Source: Octopus sinensis
Taxonomy: Eukaryota
Assembly (NCBI RefSeq): GCF_006345805.1
Contig: NC_042999.1
Span: 134,168,001 to 134,232,000 of the forward strand
Reading direction: 5' to 3'
DNA: 64,000 nucleotides
Shown here: one piece after another, positions 52,886 through 64,000 of the stretch
How the letters are laid out: each line of letters begins with the position of its first letter
Numbering within the stretch: position 1 is the first letter of the stretch
The notes under the pieces: model-generated
Told to the model about the DNA's origin: nothing
Databases searched by the model: none
Seen by the model: the letters and a program-made list of their open reading frames with translations, nothing else
Made by a program: the position numbers and the translations under genes

Positions 52886-54543
52886 TTAATACTTTCAAAT
52901 ACTACAATGCTTAGGTCTTATACCAACTCCCCCATGCTATTTCCTCCCACCCGGTGCAACCTGTCGGCTCCAGCACATCCCGTTTTCCTATATGCGCGTG
53001 TGTATGTGTGTGTGTGTGTGTGTGTGTGCGTTATGTGCACATACGTGTGTGTGTGTACATATACACATATATATATATATGTGGGCCACCCATCTCATGT
53101 TAAACTTTACAAAATTATATTTTACCTTATTTTTTTTTTTTTATATTTTTTTATTTTATTTTATTTTATTTTTATTTTTATTTTTATTTTATTTTTATTT
53201 TATTTTCATTTTATTTTTACTTTTATCCTACTTCCATGTATTTTTATTTTTAATTTTATTTTTACTTTTATTTTTACGTTTATTCTACTGCCATTAACTC
53301 TCATTTTCATTTTCATCCCTACCTTAACTCTTATAACCTTATAATTCTTATATTTCATTTCTAACTATTACATTGTATTTCTTATTTTATACTGTATTTT
53401 TATTTCTAATCTTTACCCTTACCCTCATTCTTACCCCTAATCTATCGCTTTACACCTCTATATATGCTTATTTACTCACCTATGGATCCGCTTTTGGGTA
53501 TCCGAGCGTCCGCGTACGTGTGTATGCGCATACATACATGTGCGCGCGCGTATGTGTACATGCATACTTCGATATCTTATGACTATACCCATGAGCGCGT
53601 GTGTCTCTGTGTGCGTATGTGAGTATATATATGTGCACGCACATACGGACACACAGCCGTGTGTGCGTGCGCGTATTAACATGAGTACGGGATTCTTTAC
53701 ATACGTTCTTATACACATCCTTAATATCTTATACCTAGACTAGAGACGTGGGCATATACGTGTACGTATGTAGTGAGGGGCGCACGTATGTACATGTGAG
53801 CGTATACGCGCGTAATGTCCGTCTATATATGCGGATATTCTGTTGTATGTATGTGTGTGTGCGCGCATGCGTGTGGGTGCGTGTGGGTTTATGTACATGT
53901 TTACACGCGAGTGCGTGTGTTTGCTTATAGACTTGGAGACGTATATGTACGCGTGTATGTGGGTGTATGTACCCATGATGATATGTATGTACTGGAAGTC
54001 CATTTAATTCAAGGAACCAGATTAAACTCTCATCAGCTCTGATTTACGACGAAACCGTTAATTTACTGACAGTTCTACAACTAAGTTTTATCAATCTCTT
54101 GACCACCATGCTGGGTCCGCGACCTCTATACATCCCTTATCCCTACATTCTTTTACACTTTTATCATGTTTTTATCAGGTCCTTACTTCTTTTACTATTA
54201 TTTCCATTTCTATTTTTACTTTACAACATTATGCCTTTATACCCCCTTACATCTCCTTACAACTCTTTATATCTTTATCATCTACATTTATACATTATTT
54301 TATATTATTTTATATTTTTTATCCCTCGCCCCGAACTCTCGCCCCTCCATCTTCACCTCTATATACGTATTTATTTATTTACATACCTCAACATCCAAGT
54401 TTCCTCATTCTACATTGAGAGAAGAAGGAGATGGACGATTCAATTCGATGCTGCTGCCGCATTTTGTCGTACGGGAACGAGAAGATTTGCATCCCCAGCC
54501 AAGAATTTCGGAACTAACACATGTCCTTGTGGAAGCTGTTGTG

Positions 54544-54621
54544 AGCGGCTGAAGAAGGCCACAGACATACATTATGATTTGTTATGTATCTGCTAATAAA
54601 GCCCGAAACATATGTACCGCT
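54544..54621 (+). ncRNA. Type I hammerhead, predicted GUA cleavage after 54616
   Basis: agcgg ctgaaga aggcc..gccc gaaac atat gt a ccgct; two 1-nt deletions in stem II relative to the left-arm copy. Confidence 0.7.
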
Positions 54622-54779
54622 GAATCCTTCGCCTCATGTTTTTATTTTTATTTTTATTTTGATCAATTTACTCCACCACCTACACCACCAAACGGTATAC
54701 ACAGGTGCTTATAATTATCAAGTACTCACCCCGAATTTCTACACTCAACTCACCTATATATATATATATATATATATGT

Positions 54780-55179
54780 TCTTTTATTTGTCTCAGTCAT
54801 TTGGCTGCGGCACTGCTAGAGCACCGCCTTGAAGTGTTTTTTAGTGGAACAAATCGATTCCGCGACTTATGTTTTGTTTTAAGCCTAGTACTTATTCTAT
54901 CGGTGTATTTTGCTGAACCGCTAAGTTACGGGGACATAAACACAAGAACACTGGTTGTCAAGCGGTGATGAGGGGGACAAACAAAGACACAAAGACACGC
55001 AAACACACACACACACATACGATGGTCTTCTTTCAGTTTCCGTCTACTAAATCCACTCATAAGGCTTAGGTCAGCCTGAGGCTATAGCAGAAAACACTTG
55101 CCCAAGATGCCACGCAGTGGAACTGAACCCAAAACCATGTGGTTGGGAAGCAAGCTTCTTACCACACAGCCTCGCCTGC

Positions 55180-55180
<1 letters not shown>
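54780..55180 (-). mobile_element. tRNA-derived SINE family B (head, microsatellite linker, conserved tail)
   Basis: Reverse complement matches 60778-61160. Partial copies near 1575, 6670, 21180, 29110, 32320, 32580, 36110, 55540, 57640, 59455 and 60180. Confidence 0.85.
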
Positions 55181-55220
<40 letters not shown>

Positions 55221-56109
55221 AGTGTGTATATATGTATGTGTGCGCATGTGTGTGTATGTGTGTGTGTGTATGTGTGTGTGTGTGTGTGTGGTGTGTACGT
55301 GTGTGTGTGTGTGTGTGTGTGTGTATGTAGATTATTTTCGCTGTTGTAGCTTAATGTTGGTGGAAATGGTTTTGAAGGTAGCAGTGCTTTAAAACGACGA
55401 GACTAGTACTTGAATTGTAGTATTATTGTTTATAGCGACAGTCTTGTTTGAGTGGTGTCTGTGATATTGTAATGGCCGTCGTCTCGGTGATAGTGTCAAA
55501 TTTGCTGAGGAAGGGATCACGGCTGTGTGACTAACAAGCCTGCTTTGCAACCACGTCCTTTCGAGTTCAGTCCCACTGCGTTCCACTTTGGGCAAGTGTC
55601 TTCTACTATAGCCGCGGGGGCCATCAATGCCTCGTGAGTGAATTTGGTTAATGAAAACAGTGTGGAAACCCATCGTAGCTATAAACGTGTGGCTTTCTGT
55701 CGGTGCTTGTCTCCCACCATCGCTTGACAACCGGCGTTGGCTTGTCTACCCCCTCGTAACTTGGCGGTTCCGCAAAAGACATCGATAGCATAAGTACCAG
55801 ACCTTATATATATACATCTCTTTGTTGTCTCCACCACCTGTCTTCGCCTTTTTTTGTGTGAATTCCCCCCTTACACACACAACACACACACACATATATA
55901 ATATATTATATATATATATATATATATAATATATATATATATTAAGGTATGTAGAAAAATACAACATGGACAAGAACGTATAACTCTTAGAAGACGATAC
56001 ATAATATATATATATATTATATATATATATATAGACCGGAGTAGTAAACACATAAATGTGAAACAAGGTGGAAAAAAGAGTACTCAAATACCAGTGGTAG
56101 AGTAATATG

Positions 56110-56208
56110 CTTTATTTTAAGCAGCAGAAAATTCAACAAAATCTGTTACTCTGAGTTTCTCGTTCAGAGTAACAGATTTTGTTGAATTTTCTGCTGCTTA
56201 AAATAAAG
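56110..56208. repeat. Perfect 45-bp inverted repeat with 9-nt loop
   Basis: 56110-56154 is the exact reverse complement of 56164-56208; loop gtttctcgt. Confidence 0.95.
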
Positions 56209-56449
56209 TATATAATATATATATATATATACAGGGGTAGATCTGTTCGACTAATTCCTTCAGCATACCTAGCATAGCCGCAGTCCAATAACTGAAACTT
56301 GAGGCGGCGGTGTTGGTGGTAGTGGTAGTAGTGGCAATAGAAATGATGGTGGTGGTGGTGGTGGTGGTCGACGTCATCTGGTAGTAGTGGTAGTGATGGT
56401 GTTGCTGGTGGTGGTAGTAGTTGTAGTAATAGTGTTGGTGATGTTGGTA

Positions 56450-56516
<67 letters not shown>

Positions 56517-57895
56517 CTGTTGTGTTGTTTGTTATTGTAGTTGTTTAGCCACAGGTCGGCCCCGACCAGTCGAACTTATGATCGATAGCATTCTAATCGT
56601 TACAAACCATCCTGAATTTTCTCTCAGGTACCAATGTTCACACACTGGTCAATACTTTCTCCAAGGTATCCTATTTTGTTGTTGCTATTGTTGTTGATTT
56701 TGCAATTCTGGACCGTTGGTCTGAGGGATATTTGACTGCTATGCTTAGGCAGCACGAGTAACAACGTTGAGACTCATTCGTTGGCTCGAGGCATTAGATG
56801 TTGTTTTGTTACTAATGCTTGTTCTTGTTGTTGAAGTCGATTCTGGCGATGGTGGTGGAGGTGGTGGTCGTGGTCATGTTGTTGTTCTTTTGTTTCAGCT
56901 GCTAGTATTGTGGCTGCTTGTGCCATTTTTATTGTTGTTGTTATTGTCGTTGTTGTTTCCGTAGAGTTAATGATTGAGACATGTCTCGGCAGCCATGTTG
57001 TTATTGTCTGTCATCACATCAGTCAGCTAGGGCTACCAGCAGCTTTCTCCTTGGATATATATCTCCTTCCCTACCCCGCTTACAAACATTATTTTGTCTT
57101 GTTTCTTCGTTTTTTTTATTTTTATTTTTTTCAATATCCTCTCTCGACGAACCGTGAAAGATTTATGGCCGACGCTCTGTTATTATTACACGGGAAGTGG
57201 GCGGCGGATCAACAGAATCAATGGCGTGTCAAAGTAAAAGGCTTAATGGTTTTTTATTTACTTCGCTTTTACATTCCGAGTTCAAATCCAACTGAGATCG
57301 TATTTTCCTTTCATCCTTGCAGGATTGATAAATGAGTCCTAGTCAAGTATTATGACCTTGGGTCTGTGTAAGAAATCATTATTACAGAAGCATAGACCCT
57401 GTGCAGAGACCGTAGAGTAGCGAACTAAAGATTTCGTTGTGCGATATTTCGTTACGTCCTTCATGCTTGTATAAATACCAGTTGAAATATGTATAGAGCT
57501 GATACGTCTGACACAAAGCCCAGTTCAACACCAGACCCGTATAACGAAACCTCATAGTGGTCGGTGGACGTGTAAGAAACAGCAGCAACATATTCTTCAA
57601 ATATTACTTTGCAGATTTCTAACAAATCTTTCTTTTACTTCTTTCATTCTTTAGACTGCTGCTATGTTGGGTCGTGAAGGGTTTAGTCGAACAAATCCAC
57701 GGCACAATTTTTGGTGAACCTCTAAGTTACGGGGAAGTAAACAAATTGACATCGGTTGTCAAGTGGTTATGGTGGACAAACACTAAAACGCTCGCGCACG
57801 CACTCTCACGCACATATACACACACGCACAGACACACACACCTATACACATATACATTTACATTTATATATATACATTAGATTAATAATTATATA

Positions 57896-57933
<38 letters not shown>

Positions 57934-58006
57934 TTCTAGTTTCAGCTCAGAGCTGCGGCCATGCTGATGCACCGCCGTTATATATATATATATATATATA
58001 ATTATT

Positions 58007-58448
58007 TTAAGGGAGAAAGTCAAAACAAGCCTTATCTCCTCCATATTGAATTAATGTGCAAACATTACGAAGCTACCGAAACAATTCCATAAATACATAC
58101 AATTGAAAGCGGCTGGTGAGAAGATATTTAAAGAAAGACTCCACATTAATTGCGAATTAGCTAATTTCAAGATTAAAATCTTAAATAGATTTTCTTATAT
58201 CTTCAGCGTAATATATGTATTTAAAAAATACAAACAAGTGTTAATACATACCCGTAACAAAGCGAGTTTGCACGTCTATGCACAAACACTTGCAAGTATA
58301 GATTCGAAAAAGTCAGATTAAAATCCTCCCATGACGACCTCATATATTTATATCAAAAATAGGATTGCAAAAAATGTGGGTTCTTGATGAGGAGTAAAAA
58401 TATAACACTAATATTTTATTTATTTATTTGTTTTGACTTTCTCGCTAA
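58007..58448. mobile_element. Putative MITE with 16-bp perfect TIR core
   Basis: gagaaagtcaaaacaa (58013-58028) / ttgttttgactttctc (58428-58443); ttaa and ctaa flanks. Confidence 0.55.
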
Positions 58449-58499
58449 CGTCTTCCGTAGTATTATATAAAAATAAAAGACAGAAAGGATTCTAAAGCC

Positions 58500-58886
58500 A
58501 TTCATGATGGCTTCAAGAAAATGTATGGTCCTCAAGACCACGGTGTTACTCCTATTTTTTCATCGAATAGAGAGACACTGTTGACTGACAAATCTAACAT
58601 CCTGAAGTGATGGAAAGATCACTTTGAAGCCGTGTTGAACTCCACCTCAGTCACTAATGATGACGTCATATTATCTATTCCACAGCACACTGAAATACCG
58701 GAACTGTCTCTGTAGCCAACCTTCCTGGAAGTGGTAAACTCTATTTAACAGATCTCTTCTGGTAAAGCAGCTGGCAGGGTTGCTGTCCCTCCTGAAATCT
58801 ACAAGTATGGTGGACAGAAGCTTTTTAAGAAACTGCATGACCTCTTCATAAACACCTGGATGGTAGGCCGTGTACCATAGGACTTC
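58500..58886 (+). pseudogene. RTE (BovB-like) LINE fragment
   Basis: FHDGFKKMYGP..TLLTDKSNILK*WKDHFEAVLN..SSGKAAG..PEIYKYGG..LHDLF..W. Confidence 0.85.
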
Positions 58887-60777
58887 TGTCCTTGTTTTTT
58901 CTCTCTGTGTTTAACCCCTTGTGGGTAGTAAAGATATAGGTATTTCGTCCTTCTTCACGTTCTGAGTTCAAATTCCGCCGAGGTCGACTTTGCTTTTCCT
59001 CCTTTCGGGGTTGATAAATTAAGTACCAATCAAGTACTGGCGTCGTTGTAATCGATTAGACCTCTCCCTCAAAATTTCAGGCCTCGTGACTTTAGTACAA
59101 AAGATTATTACCACCATCATAATAATCATACTATGCAATAATATGCGGAACCTTGGTTCCTTTCTTTGGGGAAAGAAATATTGTAGGTGGTCTCCCACGA
59201 CCTTCAATAATGAGGGGAGCCAAGACTGACTTCAGTATACTTAAAAAGAACTTTATTTTACCAGTCTGGATGATGTAAAGCAAAATTGATTTTGATATGA
59301 TTGGAACTTGGTATTATTTTTACCATAAAGAGCCGGAACGAATAATATACGGTATTTATCCAACTCTCTATCATTTCTACAAATCACCCACACACTATAT
59401 GAACAACTCACAGTCAGCCGAAATAACACCAACAATCAAATAACAAAAGTATAGGCGCAGGAGCGGCTGTGTGGTTAGTAGCTTGCTTACCAGCCACATG
59501 GTTCCGTATTCAGTCCCACTACGTGGCACCTTGGGCAAGCGTCTTCTACTATAACCTCGGCCGACCAAAGTCTTATGAGTGGATTTGGTAGACGGAGTCT
59601 GAAAGAAGCCTGTCTCCTGTCCCTCTTTTAAGCCGTTCTCTCAAAGCGTTCAAAATAATTTTCCCTTTCGTTCCGGCTTAACAGCCCTTACCGTTTGTTT
59701 TTACTGTGTTATTCTCCTTGTCCTGTCTTTTACTGTTTTTAATTGTATTACTCTTATTGTCTTGGTTTGTTTTCACTGTCCTGTTCTTGTTACCACTTTT
59801 ACCCCTCCGCAAAAAATACCAAATTTTATTTAATTTGCTTTGCGGGAAGGACTGTTTCAACGAAGACGTGTCTTTCCCTTACCTTCGAAACACGGAGTAG
59901 ACGAAGCAGGGACAGCTAAAGAAGGGGAATATTCCTTGTGTTGTATGTCTTGTACTCTGTTTTTTCGTTGTTTGAAAAAAGTCCGTTTCCATGGTTTTGT
60001 TTTTAGGTTTTCGTTTCTCATTGTGTTCGACGTTTTTTGGGGCGACCTGTACCCATATATCCATGTATATATACATATAGATGCAGGTATGTACACATAT
60101 GTATGCACATATGCATATGTTTTATTTATTATTTTGTTATTTTATATATATATATATACATACATACACATGTGTGTGTGTACTTGTACGTCTGTGTTTG
60201 CCCCCACCATCGCTTGACAACCGATGCTGGTGTGTTTACATCCCCGTAAATCAGCGGTTTGGCAAAAGTGATCGATAGAATAAGTACTAGGCTTACAAAG
60301 AATAAGTCCTGGGGTCGATTTGAAACAAATAACTGAAACAAATAAAAGAATAAACATAAAGTGTAACAAAAGATAAATAACTAAACCATGAAAAAGATAA
60401 AGCAGGCAAACATTTGTATCTAATGACAACAATAAAACAGTATATACTAGCACCATCACTACCACTAACAATAAAAATGAACCACTACTCCATATGTCAC
60501 GATAACAACACTGAATAATTTACAAACACTGTAGCACCAAGTATATATCCTTATAAAGTACTGCAGCAAAAGTAAGTCAACTTAAAAACACTCAAAGAAT
60601 GCAAGAAGAAAAGGAAAATATGCACCAATTACTTAGAGCACTATTTTGGCACCATCAGACACCCCAAAATCAATAGGGATATCTAATAACTTTATAGCTT
60701 CATACATTCAACACACATAGAAGACAAATGTATAGAAAATTGTACACGCTCACATCATTCACGTGTTGTAAACATGC

Positions 60778-61160
60778 GCAAGAGTGGCTGTGTGGTAAGT
60801 AGCTTGCTTACCAATCACATGTTTCCGGGTTCAGTCCTACTGCGTAGCACCTTGGGCAAGTGTATTCTACTATAGCCTCGTGCCGACCAAAGCTTTGTGA
60901 GTGGATTTAGTAGACGGAAACTGAAAGAAGCCCGTCGATATATATATATATATGTGTTTGTATGTATATGTTTGTGTATCTGTGTTTGTCCCCCAACATC
61001 GCTTGAAAACCCATGCTTGTGTGTTTACGTCCCCGTCATTTAGCAGTTCGGCAAGAGAGACCGATAGAATAAGTACTAGGCTTACAAAGAATAAGTCATG
61101 GGGGCGGTTTGCTGACTAAAGGCGGTGCTCCAGCATGGCAGCAGTCAAATGACTGGAACA
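60778..61160 (+). mobile_element. Full-length SINE family B
   Basis: gtggctgtgtggtaagtagcttgc..gggttcagtcc..ccttgggcaagtg..ggaaactgaaagaagcccg-(TA/TG)n-gtcccc..gaataagtactaggc..ggcggtgctccagcatgg; A-rich end. Confidence 0.88.
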
Positions 61161-61656
61161 AAAAAAAGAATAAAAAGAAAAGAAACAAAAGGATGCATTC
61201 TGGAAAGAATCACAGGTACTACATTTGGATAACAAACTGAACCAACGATGATGTCCAGATAATGTATTGGGTCCTATAGGGACTAAACCAGTCCTACCCG
61301 GACCACCACTCTTTCCAGAACAAGCCACAATACACTGATCAGCTGGACAACGAAATAAAAATACTAAAGATGAAAAAAATCACCTGGCTTTGTGTGAGGA
61401 GCAGCGTTTATTGTCACAGTGTTTATTCCCCCAACCTACACCACCACAACAACCAAATTTACTGCACCATATGCAAGATAACCCCCAAACACTCAGAGAC
61501 AATTACAAAACTCCAGGACACTACTACAGCAATATTCTAAAATTGCCGTCTCCCTCACCCACCATGAACAAAAACAGAAACCAAAGCACATATACATGCA
61601 GAAATAGCAACAACATCGATAGACTCACCGGCCCCCAAAATTCTATCGTACGAAAT

Positions 61657-62150
61657 ACGAGGGTGAGCTGAAAAATTCACAGGCTCTATGTCGGCGTGGT
61701 GTCAGAGCTGTGAAATCTTGTATACATTAACTTCAGCTATTTTTTATTAATAATTGCAGAGTTTTTTTTTCAGGTAAACTGATATCTGACAGTTCAAAGA
61801 AGACTTCAAAAGTAACTCGTATCGACTTCTCTTGTCACCATGGTGTTATCAAGTACCTGCAGAAAAATAGTTTAACCCCCGAGGACATTCATGCTGATAT
61901 GGTTGCTACATTAGGAGATGACTCCAGCTTTGTCAGTTGTGCAAAAGTGGGAAGATGAATTTAGGAGAGGAAGGGAGTGTCTTGAAGATGAGCCAAGGTT
62001 TGGATGTCCTGCAACTGCCACCACCAAGGAAAGCATTGATCGTGTTCACCACATGGTGATATATTACAGGCTATTCACTATACATCAAACAACCCATGCT
62101 ATTAGCACATCCCGTAAGAGAGTTCAGAATATTCTGCATAATGAACTTGT
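61657..62150 (+). pseudogene. Mariner 5' end (tacgaggg-type TIR) and HTH fragment
   Basis: LTPEDIHADMVATLG..VVQKWEDEFRRGRECLEDEPRFGCPATATT..RVQNILHNEL. Confidence 0.85.
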
Positions 62151-62390
62151 GAGATACACAGAACTATTATGACTATTCCTGTTTTTACACTTTGGTAAGA
62201 AAAACGAATTGATATTGTAGTAAAAAGTGAGTCTCTAACTTTATTTTTGATATTCGCAATGACTCAACTAATTTTTTTTATTCGAGCAACTGTTATTTCA
62301 ATTGTCTCTTCAGTCAACTGTTGTGCATTAACTTATTTTGAACAACCGTTTTTGCTCAGCTATCTGCATTACACACACACACACACATAC

Positions 62391-62498
<108 letters not shown>

Positions 62499-62537
62499 AT
62501 ACATGCATACATACATTTTCATAGCAGTAGTAATAAT

Positions 62538-62770
62538 GGAGCACTACTAAATGCTTAAAGGAGAATCTGGATAAACTGGGATTTTCAGAAAGAGAAACTG
62601 ACCGGCTTATTCGTACATTACAAGTGCAATCTGTGAGTGGAACAGTAAAAATATGCAAGACTTTTCTCAAGTTCCAAATGTGAATTTGTCTGTGTTAACT
62701 ACATCTCAAAGATAGAGCCTCGTATCTTTGTTGGAAACCGGCTCCCTCCTCAGTGGGAGATTTATAATAA
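62538..62770 (+). mobile_element. Dong/R4-like LINE extreme 3' end
   Basis: TKCLKENLDKLGFSERETDRLIRTLQVQSVSGTVKICKTFLKFQM*, then a short UTR and ataataa tail. Confidence 0.8.
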
Positions 62771-64000
62771 TTAAAAGTTAGAAGAGACATACATACTGTG
62801 TGTATACGTATACATATACACACATAAATGATATAAACATATACACGTAATTAGTTCTGAATTAATTAGTTACTATAAATTTATTTCAGATAAGCCATGC
62901 CCACACCCTGTATTATCACCAATACCGCCATAATTGATTTTAATCACTCCAATTCCACTACTAAAGATATGCTAGACATCGGAGTCAAAACTCCTTCAAA
63001 TTTCATTCAAACGGCTTAAAAAGTGGGAACACAATGGAAAATTTTGTGCTAAATACAGTATGTCTTAAATAATAGACAGGATTTTCGCAGATGGTATGTG
63101 CTTGATTATAGGTATACTCGATTCGGGGCAAAACAGCATAAACAACAGCGAAAATAACACTATTAATACCACCTTCATTCAATGTGTAACAAGGACACAG
63201 CTTTCAGCAGTAACATCCTTGTTTTTTTTTTCATCATAGCCAAGGCTAATACCACTGTAACAACTACCATCTATACAATAGAGAAGTCTAATATCACTGT
63301 CATTACCACAAGCACCACAACTACTACCACAGCCTATGAGCACCGCTACCATCATTATTACTACAACCACCATCACTACCAATTCTGCCAATTATAGTCT
63401 TCTGAATGTACGTCAGGAGAAAAGATACGTTACGCGAGGAGTAAGAAACAGAAAGAAAGCAAAATATCAAATGAAGGAGAAAAAGAGAGAAAGGGGAGGA
63501 TAAAACAGAAAAAGAGATGAAGAAAGGAAGTAAAGAAAAAAATGAAGAAAAGAAGGAACGAAGAAAATGTAGGAAGAATGAAAAGAATGAAAGAATAAGA
63601 AATGGGAGTGGAAGTTGCGGTAACAACAACGAAAAAGAACTCGTTAATATTATAATTCTAAATATCAAAGGAAATTAAAACTGCAGGCCATCTGTTCTCA
63701 TTAGCTTTGATTTCATCCTATTTATTCTTCACGGCCGCCCCCCTCTGTTATATAACACTACCCGCACATACTTTTTAATAGTGGTAAGTGCACTTATGAT
63801 TGTTATTCGTATAAGGGCGGGTAATTGACAGAATGAGCAGGTCGTCGAATGTGATTAAATTCCTTGTGGTATCTCTGGTTCACGTCTCTTTTACGTTTTG
63901 AGGCCCAGTTTGTCTTTTGTACTCCTGCGATCGATGAAATAACGTAACAATCAGGCCTTTTCGTAAACGACATAAAAATATTGAGTGATGTCTTGAAGTA

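Larger units (their letters stand above)
51135..54670 (+). mobile_element. 5'-truncated Penelope-like element with inverted pseudo-LTRs
   Basis: Near-identical inverted arms 51135-52565 / 53255-54670; the spacer holds a GIY-YIG C-terminal fragment. Confidence 0.9.

Noticed and set aside
59860-59945. cagctaaagaaggggaatattcctt in a pseudo-LTR-like pyrimidine-rich repeat
   Set aside because: Core mutated and GAAA absent; at most a remnant.
60380-61650. A/C-rich stretches with short open frames (for example 61390-61671)
   Set aside because: Possibly ancient LINE or Penelope debris, but no recognisable motif.
62270-62325. Minus strand CUGAAGA with a 6-bp hairpin then GAAU
   Set aside because: GAAA, helix III and stem I are missing.

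Overview
AT-rich, microsatellite-saturated animal DNA. The SINE families and repeat style look like Octopus (inference), and there is one ~100-N gap at 49730-49830. I find no supportable host protein-coding exon, tRNA, rRNA or CRISPR array; most listed ORFs are translations of simple repeats. The window is a dense transposon landscape: decayed Tx1/L1, CR1/L2, RTE and Dong/R4 LINEs, Tc1 and mariner pseudogenes, hAT and piggyBac-like MITEs, a Helitron end, many tRNA-derived SINEs and two Penelope-like (GIY-YIG) elements. The main signal is a set of hammerhead-ribozyme (HHR) motifs in fold-back or direct-repeat mini-elements, mostly sitting in (TA)n tracts. The best is a ~655-bp non-coding fold-back element, present twice (33946-34599, 35367-36021). 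It carries a complete type I HHR on each strand at the tip of a long rod-like stem and resembles a retrozyme or non-autonomous Penelope-parasitic RNA. A 5'-truncated Penelope element with 1.43-kb inverted pseudo-LTRs (51135-54670) has the same divergent two-HHR geometry. Further HHR variants lie at ~21.7, 44.0 and 44.7 kb. All folds and translations were read by eye, not computed.
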